Source: Octopus sinensis (taxonomy: Eukaryota). From it: a DNA stretch of 14,453 nt. Below are positions 1 through 8,312 of this stretch, piece by piece; position 1 is the first letter of the stretch; every line of letters starts with the position of its first letter. Made by a program: the position numbers and the translations under genes. The stretch spans positions 1-14,453 of the forward strand of contig NW_021825799.1 of the NCBI RefSeq assembly GCF_006345805.1. The letters are read 5' to 3'. The notes beneath the pieces were generated by a model. That model saw nothing but the letters and a program-made list of their open reading frames with translations. It had not been told where the DNA came from and did not search any database.

Positions 1-120
1 TATATATATATATATATTAGATATATATATTATATTATATAAATATTAACATATAGAAATACTTATAATGTATATTATATATATAATATATATATAGTAT
101 ATAATATATATATTATATAC
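1..120. repeat. Degenerate (TA)n microsatellite
   Basis: Interrupted TA dinucleotide run, seen directly. Confidence 0.9.
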
Positions 121-135
121 ATTAATATGTGTGTA

Positions 136-222
136 TTTGTATATTCTTTTCAAAGAATTCTATTGGTATATTTTCCGTTCATATATTATACCTTGACGGA
201 CAGAATACCTCATCAGTACGAA
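136..222 (-). ncRNA. Decayed type I hammerhead-like fold (probably inactive)
   Basis: The - strand reads UUCGUA-CUGAUGA-GGUAU...AUACC-aauaGA-AUUCUU-ugaa-AAGAAU-A-UACAAA. Three helices fall in type I order around an intact CUGAUGA box, but the GAAA box is corrupted. Confidence 0.3.
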
Positions 223-406
223 TGAATTGGTGTTACTCCATACTCCATTTCCACAACACAACTTTCCACTCGACAACCTACATAAAGCTCTTAAGGTCAT
301 GTACTTAAAATACTTTTCTCCTCTGTCTTATAAAAAAATAATAATACACAGGAAGGAGAAAAATATAATCATATTATTTTGGTTCCATTCTATTCATGTC
401 ATGCCA

Positions 407-449
407 ATACATACATACATATATGTATATATGTATATATATATTATAT

Positions 450-524
<75 letters not shown>

Positions 525-573
525 TATTAATATGTATGCATGTACATATCAAAATACATACATACACACACAC

Positions 574-631
<58 letters not shown>
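407..631. repeat. (TA)n / (TACA)n compound microsatellite
   Basis: Seen directly; source of the 227..637, 379..711 and 394..660 pseudo-ORFs. Confidence 0.95.
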
Positions 632-632
<1 letters not shown>

Positions 633-737
633 CTTGAAGTTCATGTCCTCTTGCGTTCAACTCAAGTTAACTTCATTACTGAAACGAAAGAAAGGACCAA
701 AGATATGGTAGCATTTGTCGTTTGTAAACGCATAAAT

Positions 738-817
738 CCTGAAATTTGTGGGCTGAGGACTGGTCGATTAAATCGACCCCAGTGTTTAACTGGTGCTTAT
801 CGATTCCGAAAGGATGA
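738..817 (-). mobile_element. SINE family B, 3' fragment with C-rich alternative tail
   Basis: GTCGATTAAATCGACCCCAGTGTTTAACTGGTGCTTATCGATTCCGAAAGGATGA (763-817) matches the reverse complement of the body of the full copy at 11579-11809. Confidence 0.75.
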
Positions 818-819
818 TA

Positions 820-972
820 TTTTGGGGAGTAGTATAGTCGATTACATCGGCCCCATTACTCAACTCGACCCGAAAGTATGAAAAGTAAAGTCAACTTCGG
901 CGGAATTTGAACTCGGAACGTAGTGTAAGGGGAAGTACCGATAAGCGTTTCGTCCATTATGCTAACGGCTCT
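820..972 (-). mobile_element. SINE family B, diverged and 5'-truncated
   Basis: Aligns by eye to 13597-13745 (GTCGATTACATCG...AAAGTCAACTTCGGCGGAATTTGAACTC...GCTAACG), including the B-box-like GAGTTCAAAT on the - strand. Confidence 0.85.
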
Positions 973-1083
973 AAATCCCTTATCAGACGGGTAGTCATGA
1001 TGGGTATACTGCGCTTCGTATATTTTACCCCAGTGTCACTTTGATGGCATGTACTGCTCTCACTCAATAACAATAATGATGAT

Positions 1084-1085
<2 letters not shown>

Positions 1086-1145
<60 letters not shown>
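1086..1145. repeat. (AAT)n microsatellite
   Basis: Perfect trinucleotide run. Confidence 0.97.
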
Positions 1146-1331
1146 GTGCAAGAAGTGCAAAAGATTGTCTTAACTGGTACATCACACGTATTGAGAAGAG
1201 CATTGTCGATGTGAGAACTATTACTACCCATGTATTTTAATTTAAATTTATTTCTATAAAAAAAAAATGAACGAACTAGTGAGTTTAGTTTAATGGCCTA
1301 CCAATGTATACAATGAGTTTATTTGCCCTAG

Positions 1332-1392
1332 GAGTCGGGAAGACACTCGGCAAGAAATGGACGCAAATTTGAAAGAAGAAGAAAAACCCATA

Positions 1393-1451
<59 letters not shown>

Positions 1452-1488
1452 TTCTAACGATAATATTGGTGGGAATATGAAACACTGA
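1332..1488 (+). CDS. Possible terminal coding exon with poly-Asn (SREDTRQEMDANLKEEEKPI-N(n)-SNDNIGGNMKH*), unidentified
   Basis: Acceptor TTTATTTGCCCTAG at 1331; the frame starting at 1333 stays open through the (AAT)n run to TGA at 1486-1488. No homology recognised and no upstream partner exon established. Confidence 0.2.
1392..1450. repeat. (AAT)n microsatellite
   Basis: Perfect trinucleotide run. Confidence 0.97.
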
Positions 1489-1529
1489 AGACGCAGAAAA
1501 ACAATAGTATTAATACTAATGATATTGGC

Positions 1530-1712
1530 GATGATGATGATGACGATGATGACGATGATGACGATGATGACGATAATGTGATGTCAATAACAACAATGGT
1601 AAGAATATTAGTAATAATGATAATAAAAATAATGAAAATAACAACAACAGCAAGGATAATAATAATAAGAAGAAAAACAAGAAGAGGAACAATAACAACA
1701 ATAATAATAATT
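1530..1712. repeat. (GAT/GAC)n run with 9-mer (GACGATGAT) periodicity, followed by degenerate AAT/AAC repeats
   Basis: Seen directly. Confidence 0.85.
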
Positions 1713-1766
1713 TCTTTTATTCGCCACAGGGACATAGATGAGGAAGATACCACATAGATTACTTAC

Positions 1767-1784
1767 AATTTCTGCGAGGGCTTG
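1767..1784 (-). CDS. Candidate 18-nt microexon (QALAEI if phase 0), host gene unknown
   Basis: The - strand reads TCTTTTCTCTTTCTTACTCCTCGTCTTTTAAG|CAAGCCCTCGCAGAAATT|GTAAGT: long pyrimidine tract, consensus donor, length divisible by 3, open in all phases. Confidence 0.25.
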
Positions 1785-1850
1785 CTTAAAAGACGAGGAG
1801 TAAGAAAGAGAAAAGATAGTGACATGAGATAAAAGTAAACAACAACAAGA

Positions 1851-1853
1851 ATG

Positions 1854-1909
<56 letters not shown>

Positions 1910-2066
1910 TACAACAACGATAACAACAACAACAACAATAATAATAATAATAATAATTATTATTATTATAATGATAATAATAATAAAGGCGGTGAGGATT
2001 ATAATAATAATGCTACTACTACTACTAATAACACTAATGATAATAATGATAATAATGATAATAATG

Positions 2067-2104
<38 letters not shown>

Positions 2105-2216
2105 TTTAATAACAATAAAAATAATAATAATAATAATAATAATGATGATGAGGATGATGATGATAATAATAATAATAGTTATAATACTAATAATAATAAT
2201 AATAATAATAATGATG

Positions 2217-2268
<52 letters not shown>

Positions 2269-2277
2269 TGATGATAT
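1851..2277. repeat. Long compound (AAT)n with AAC/GAT/ACT/ATT variants
   Basis: About 425 bp; source of the 1763..2326 and 1851..2285 poly-Ile pseudo-ORFs. Confidence 0.97.
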
Positions 2278-2454
2278 GTAAATAGGTAAATAAATAAATA
2301 AAACCCATTGTTCGATGACAGATCAAAATATTCCTCTGTATAATGAAATGAACTTGGCACTACATAAAATTCATTGTGTATTCTGTGTGTCTACTGAATA
2401 TAGCAGTACCATTTGCGAAAAAGCGAAAACCTGAAGAATTACATTTATTGTCAA

Positions 2455-2555
2455 TTTTTTTTTTATCAGTTTTCGTTGTTTTTTTTTGTTTTTTTTTGTG
2501 TTTTTTGATTTATACTTGATTGTTGTTCGACTATTTTTTTTTTTTTTTTTTTTTT
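2455..2555. repeat. T-rich low-complexity tract (poly-T runs)
   Basis: Several T runs, the longest about 20 nt. Confidence 0.8.
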
Positions 2556-2742
2556 GTAATTTTTGCTGTCTGCGAGTGTATGTATATCTCTGATCTGTAT
2601 ATTTGCTGTCGAAATATATATATATTTTTTTCTCTCGACATTATCCTATTATTTTTCTGTTCTTACTTAAATTGAATAAGTGAACACACAACACAAACAC
2701 CGAAAGATACACATGCGCGCGTGCGTTGTGTGTTTCTATCAA

Positions 2743-2807
2743 TATACATGTATGTATGCATGCATTCATCTATCTATATATTTGTGGTTATATATATAAT
2801 ATATATA

Positions 2808-2854
<47 letters not shown>

Positions 2855-3140
2855 ACATACATATATCTGTATATACATATATAATATATATGTATATATG
2901 CATGTATCTAATATATATATATACATATATGTATGGTATATATGTATATATGTATATATATATATACACACTCGTATACACGCACTTGTTCGGTTCATGA
3001 GAGACTTTTTCGTTGTATGCGTGTATGTATATATGTATATATGTATATGTGTATATACATATATATACATATATATGCATGTGTACGTGCCATGATGTAT
3101 GATTATCACTACTGTAGAGTACATGGTTGTTTTAACCTAT

Positions 3141-3192
<52 letters not shown>

Positions 3193-3215
3193 ATATATAT
3201 ATATATATATATATT
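2743..3215. repeat. (TA)n / (TG)n / (TATG)n compound microsatellite cluster
   Basis: Seen directly, with short unique interruptions. Confidence 0.92.
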
Positions 3216-3754
3216 TATTGCGCGTGTGTGTGTTTTCGTTTCTATGTGTATGTAGGTGTATAAATCCATAAATCTAATAACAAATTTTGACATTTAAAAT
3301 ACTTGAAGTTTCACAAAAAGTGCGCATGATAGCCAGATATTTTATAACCACTTCGGAAACTCTAATATTTCCCGAACTCCAAGTTCAAAACCATTATAGA
3401 ATGAAGAATTTTCTCCTCTTTGGCTACTTTGCATTACCTGCTTCAATCGTCTGTTTAGCAACTAACGATATCTACTCGAGAGAAAACGACTCTGGCGCTA
3501 TGCACGTGATTAGTTTTCACTGTTTTCTTCAAAAATGTCATTAAAATTGAAATTTCAATAACGTTTATTTTAGTGAGCTGAGAGAAAACGGTTTACTTTA
3601 ATCTAACAGGATTGTTCCATTACCTGTGCATGTTTTGTTTTAGTGACAAAGGAAATAGTTGAGGGCCAAGAGATTTTAAAAGAAAGGAAGTGAAGTCTCA
3701 GAATCTCTAACCGTAGTTCTCAGCAGAACTATAATTAGAACATATCTACCACGT

Positions 3755-3968
3755 AATACACTTCTGTATTTAAGAGATGGGGAATTATGTACATTATTCA
3801 TCAGGTGTCTTGGGGGAAATTTCGAACCTGGTAATGAAAATCCAGGTTCGAAATTTCCCAAGACACCTGATGAAGGCTGGAAGCTATATCAGACGAAACG
3901 CTGTGATAAGAACAAACAAGATGGGGACAAATATCCGTCAAATGTAAATAATGTAAATAATGTAAATA
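3755..3968 (+). mobile_element. Short fold-back insertion carrying a hammerhead core and (TGTAAATAA)3 tail; Penelope terminal repeat / retrozyme-like
   Basis: Flanked by the direct repeat ATATCTACCACGT (3742-3754 and 3969-3981). Inverted repeat at 3797-3831 / 3842-3874. CTGATGA (3867-3873), stem GGCTG/CAGAC, GAAAC (3895-3899), GTC (3937-3939). Family assignment is inference. Confidence 0.6.
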
Positions 3969-4072
3969 ATATCTACCACGTTGTCTAAATTTGTTGTTGA
4001 GAGCGAACCAGCACAGTTCATGATCATAAGTCTTCGAACAAGTTCTCTTCTCATTCATTTATTTTATATGCA

Positions 4073-4454
4073 GGCGCAGGAGTGGCTGTGTGGTAAGTAG
4101 CTTGTCTACCAACCACGTGGTTCCGGGTTCAGTCCCACTGCATGGCACCTTGGGCAAGTGTCTTCTACTATAGCCTCGGGCCGACCAAAGCCCTGTGAGT
4201 GGATTTGGTAGACGGAAACTGAAAGAAGCCCGTCGTATATATGTATATGTATGCGTGTGTGTGTTTGTGTGTCTGTGTTTGTCCCCTAGTGTTTATGTCC
4301 CCGTTACTTAGCGGTTCGGCAAAAGAGACCGATAGAATAAGTACTGGGCTTACAAAAGAATAAGTCCCGGGGTCGAGTTGCTGGATTAAAGGCGGTGCTC
4401 CAGCATGGCCGCAGTCAAATGACTGAAACAAGTAAAAGAGTGAAAGAGTAAGAG
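4073..4454 (+). mobile_element. SINE family A, near full length (tRNA-derived head, CORE-like domain)
   Basis: A box TGGCTGTGTGG (4083-4093), B box GGTTCAGTCCC (4126-4136), CORE-like CACCTTGGGCAAGTGTCTT, internal TA/TG repeat, A-rich AAAAGAG tail, possible TSD TATGCA (4067-4072 / 4455-4460). High identity to the reverse complement of 8313-8725. Confidence 0.92.
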
Positions 4455-4466
4455 TATGCATATGTA

Positions 4467-4604
4467 GGCGCAGGCATGGTTGTTTGCAAATCTTGCTTTG
4501 CAACCATCCAACTTCAGTATTAGTCCTATTCCTCGACACCTTGGGTAAGTGTTTCCTCCATGGGACGACCTCTGCTTTGTGAGTGATTTTGACAGGCAGA
4601 AACA
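4467..4604 (+). mobile_element. SINE family A, old diverged 5' half
   Basis: GGCGCAGG start, CACCTTGGGTAAGTGT and TTGTGAGTG...GAAAC are collinear with 4073-4222. Confidence 0.75.
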
Positions 4605-4647
4605 GTGGGATGGGTCAGGTTGCGCGGAATCTACCGGGCGAGCTGCC

Positions 4648-4697
4648 CTTACTGACGATGGCTACGGAAATAACCGAAACTGCTTGGTCAGTCTAAG
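4648..4697 (+). ncRNA. Type I hammerhead ribozyme, near canonical; predicted cleavage 3' of C4693
   Basis: Stem I CUUA/UAAG; core CUGACGA; extra U; stem II GGCUA-cggaaa-UAACC (one C.A mismatch); GAAA; stem III ACUG-cuuggu-CAGU; GUC cleavage triplet. All conserved core residues are present. Confidence 0.7.
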
Positions 4698-4875
4698 TAA
4701 TTCTCGGTTCGGCGCTCTGTGATTTGTAACAGCATTGAAGCACTTTAGCTCCCATTTCTAGCAATGTAGGTGTCTTCATACCCTTAGTCACGTTTCATTG
4801 ACGACTATAATTCTTCTTTACGGTATAGTATTTCACCTACCTGCTTCTATTGTTTTATAAATATACACATTTGAG

Positions 4876-4885
4876 TATGTGTGTG

Positions 4886-4952
<67 letters not shown>

Positions 4953-5084
4953 CCCTCTCTCCCTCTCTCTCTCTCTCTATCTATCTATTTATTTATCTAT
5001 TATCTATCTATCTATCCATCCATCCATCCATCCGTCCGTCCGTCCGTCCGTCTGTCCATCTATCCATCTATCTATATGTCTATC

Positions 5085-5159
<75 letters not shown>

Positions 5160-5266
5160 ATGTGTGTACGTACGTGCATGTGTGTGTATGTGTGTGTGTC
5201 TATGTGTGCGTGTGTGTGCGTGCGTGTGTATGTATGTGTGTGTGTATGTGTGTGCGTTTGTGTGTG
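4876..5266. repeat. Compound microsatellite (TG)-(CTAT)n-(CT)n-(CCAT)n-(CCGT)n-(CTAT)n-(TG)n
   Basis: Seen directly; source of the 4850, 4879 and 4881 pseudo-ORFs. Confidence 0.97.
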
Positions 5267-5295
5267 CAAGTCTATTTCTATTAGTTCTGTCAAAT

Positions 5296-5545
5296 ATGAG
5301 ACGCGGGTTCTGCGCTACCGATTCATATTCATTTCAATTGTTTTTGACTTACAAAAGCCTTTAACGGAGCTAATCGTTTTCATCTCCCCTTATTAGCTTA
5401 AGGTTTGTTTTATGCTGCAATCGCGAATCTTGACGCTCTTTCGTAGCTAAAGCAGCGTCTAATTTTCTGTATTTCGCCATTTTGTTTGTCTTCATTCGTA
5501 TATCTTTCATTGCGAATGTAAAATAAATACTTTCTGCAAGGCGAC
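5296..5545 (-). promoter_or_regulatory. Possible promoter / first-exon region
   Basis: About 15 CpGs in 250 AT-rich bp by eye, YY1-like CAAAATGGCG on the - strand (5475-5484), and a downstream - strand donor TTT|GTAAGT at 5353/5352. Circumstantial only. Confidence 0.2.
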
Positions 5546-5664
5546 AAATGTTTACTTAATTTACATTATGAAGAGATAAAACTTCAAAATACATAGAAAT
5601 GCACCATGCCTATATAACTTAACAACAATATTGAAAATCATTATTGGAAGAGAAAATTGGATGC

Positions 5665-5713
5665 ACATATATATATATATATATTATATATATATAATAT
5701 ATATATTATATAT

Positions 5714-5748
<35 letters not shown>

Positions 5749-5752
5749 CATT

Positions 5753-5787
<35 letters not shown>

Positions 5788-5879
5788 TATATAATATATT
5801 TACATATATATATATATATAATATATATATATATTTACATATATATATATATAATATATATATCATTACATATATATAT

Positions 5880-5913
<34 letters not shown>

Positions 5914-5950
5914 TATATATCTATATAATATATATATATACATATATACA
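5665..5950. repeat. (TA)n microsatellite, interrupted
   Basis: Seen directly. Confidence 0.95.
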
Positions 5951-5951
5951 T

Positions 5952-6140
5952 GTATGTAGTATGTTTTTTTGTTTTATGCATGTATTCTCATGCATATAGG
6001 TGTATATCTAACATGCTCAGATATATTTAAATGATTAACTTCTGGAAAGTTTTTACTATATTTCCAGTGATGGATTGGATCTGTAGTCTTCGAATTAACT
6101 TTCTCCTTTCTGGTTTTGAGAAGCCTAATTTCTCACGATA
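5952..6140 (-). mobile_element. 5'-truncated non-LTR retrotransposon: C-terminal end of an RLE-type (R4/Dong-like) ORF plus 3' UTR
   Basis: The - strand frame 6134->6027 reads EKLGFSKPERRKLIRRLQIQSITGNIVKTFQKLII*. This resembles the C-terminal helix after the RLE domain (..LG...I..LQ...I.GT.KI....), followed by a short A-rich UTR. Recognised from memory, not searched. Confidence 0.5.
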
Positions 6141-6248
6141 GTTAATTAATTTCTGTACGAGAAAACCTACACAACGCATTATGGGAAGATCCATTTTTTA
6201 CGACGGACCTGTACAAGCGTTCGGGGGTCCAACAATATACCGGAAGTA

Positions 6249-6256
6249 ACACACAC

Positions 6257-6297
<41 letters not shown>

Positions 6298-6312
6298 ACA
6301 CACACACAAACA
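6249..6312. repeat. (CA)n microsatellite
   Basis: Seen directly. Confidence 0.95.
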
Positions 6313-6499
6313 CAAATTTTGTAGATTAATAGCTGTTTGGTTTAGCTGCATTGCAACTTAAATATTCGTTGGCTCCTACATTGAATCTAACACGATACAT
6401 ATCTTTAAGTTGAATGGCGCTGAGCCAAAATTTTATTACCAATGTAACGCTTACCAAATGTGCTGACTGACATTTTTTTAGTTTGCCCACTCACTAATA

Positions 6500-6556
6500 T
6501 ATTATATATATACATACGTACATACATATATATATAATGACATATATATGTGCATA

Positions 6557-6589
<33 letters not shown>

Positions 6590-6688
6590 GCATATACATA
6601 TATCATATATATATATAAATATATATATATATGTATGGGTGTGTGGGTGTGTATATATATATATATAATATATATATATGCATACATA

Positions 6689-6721
<33 letters not shown>

Positions 6722-6760
6722 GCATACATATATATATGTGAATATGTATACAGTATATAA
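6500..6760. repeat. (TA)n microsatellite, interrupted
   Basis: Seen directly. Confidence 0.95.
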
Positions 6761-6973
6761 ATGTGTGGGGGGAGGATGCTTGAGTGTCGTGTCTATGTGT
6801 ATTGTTACATAAAAACCTACAGAACTATATTACATGCAATATTTTCACAAAATATATATATTGTTTACCTAATATATATAATTTTTTATTTATTTTTTAT
6901 CCCTAAAATTACCATTAGCCTAGATTTATAGTCATATTCTTCTAGCCAAGTCTAATGCTTTCATAAGCTTATA

Positions 6974-7115
6974 TGCTTATATATACACACAAACACGCAT
7001 ATATACATGTATATATATTTATATACGTATATATATATATATATATATATAAATGTATGTATATATAGATATATATTATATATAGATATATATATATATA
7101 TATATATGTACATGC

Positions 7116-7166
<51 letters not shown>

Positions 7167-7222
7167 ATATATCGTATGTATATATATATATATATATATT
7201 TTCATATATACATATATACATA
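6974..7222. repeat. (TA)n microsatellite, interrupted
   Basis: Seen directly. Confidence 0.95.
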
Positions 7223-7325
7223 TATTGTCTGTGCTTCTGTGTCTGTGTATCTGCGTATGCATATATTCACTTATCTGTGTTTGTTTCTTTTTTTTTTTTT
7301 TCGATTTTAATATCCGGAATAGCAG

Positions 7326-7363
7326 ATTTTGCTCAACCTGCTGTATTTGTAGTCTACGTTTGT
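7326..7363 (+). CDS. Weak candidate short exon ([13 protein letters not shown], phase 1 to 0)
   Basis: T-rich tract, then TAGCAG| acceptor and TGT|GTGAGT donor. Not linked to other exons. Confidence 0.18.
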
Positions 7364-7829
7364 GTGAGTCTACGTCTGGTGAATATTTACAAGCAGGTTT
7401 TTATCGCTTGCCGACTCACGCTGCTCTGGTATCTTTTCAACTGTGAAAAAAAAAAAACATTGCTATATCAAGACAGTAAAAAGCCTGTACTCGACTTATC
7501 AGTAATGGCGTGTGTGTGTGTTTTTTTTTTTTTGCTCTCGTTACAATTATACAATTTATGTTTACAGCTATATATATGTATATATTTATTTACTTGAATG
7601 AAATGTTATTTATTCATTCCTCTTTGTCATTATTCATAAATTTTTTTTGATAAACAAATAGTTTGCTGACATACAAATGCACATTCAGCTTGTACAAATA
7701 TTTATATAACTATTACATATGTATATATGTATTTTTTATGTGTATACAGATAACGTATCATCCTATTTTCTGCAACGAAAAGAAATTGTGTATCAATATA
7801 CAATAGCAATCATATATGTAATGCTATAA

Positions 7830-7912
7830 GATATATATATATATTATATATTATATATTAATAATATTATATATATATTATATATACACACCCATATATA
7901 TATATATATAAT
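7830..7912. repeat. (TA)n degenerate microsatellite
   Basis: Seen directly. Confidence 0.85.
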
Positions 7913-7980
7913 ATAAAGTTAATCCAACAAGTAAACATAAAAAAAACACAGCAACGCGAGGACGTGGAACAAATAAAGTA

Positions 7981-8060
7981 TTATTGGACGCTCAGGAAAG
8001 AAGGAAAGAAGGAAAGAAGGAGGGTTTAACGTTTCGAGCGTATCTCTTCGTCGGAAACAA
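7981..8060 (-). ncRNA. Type I hammerhead-like fold with U4->C variant core, inside a probable interspersed repeat (~7945-8130)
   Basis: The - strand reads UUGUU(U)-CCGACGA-A-GAG-auacg-CUC-GAAA. Stem III ACGUU/AGCGU closes a large pyrimidine loop, then GUC, then (C)AAUAA pairs with UUGUU. Confidence 0.45.
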
Positions 8061-8127
8061 AGGAGATGGAAAGATCCCGAGAAGGGAAGACAGAGGAAAA
8101 AAAATTGCTGGCGGTGCTCACGAGGTC

Positions 8128-8129
8128 AC

Positions 8130-8171
<42 letters not shown>
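8128..8171. repeat. (TA)n(TG)n microsatellite
   Basis: Seen directly. Confidence 0.95.
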
Positions 8172-8312
8172 CTGGAGTTTATATGTCAGGGCGGATGCGT
8201 GCAAATGTTCGATGTTGGTGGATGAAACTAGAATCACACGCGCGTACACATCGGGTTTATATTCAATTGTCTCGTTTCGTGAATTTATTTAGCTACACAC
8301 ACTAATTTCAAC

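Noticed and set aside
3287-3544. ORF containing signal-peptide-like MKNFLLFGYFALPASIVCLA
   Set aside because: Short, no convincing donor, no recognisable domain; likely chance.
3571-3731. Degenerate inverted ends (TAGT..GCTGAGA..CGGTT) suggesting an old MITE
   Set aside because: Gapped match of only ~20 bp; cannot be distinguished from chance by eye.
4073-4145. tRNA-like A and B boxes in the SINE heads as tRNA genes
   Set aside because: No cloverleaf; they are followed by SINE bodies and repeated in the window.
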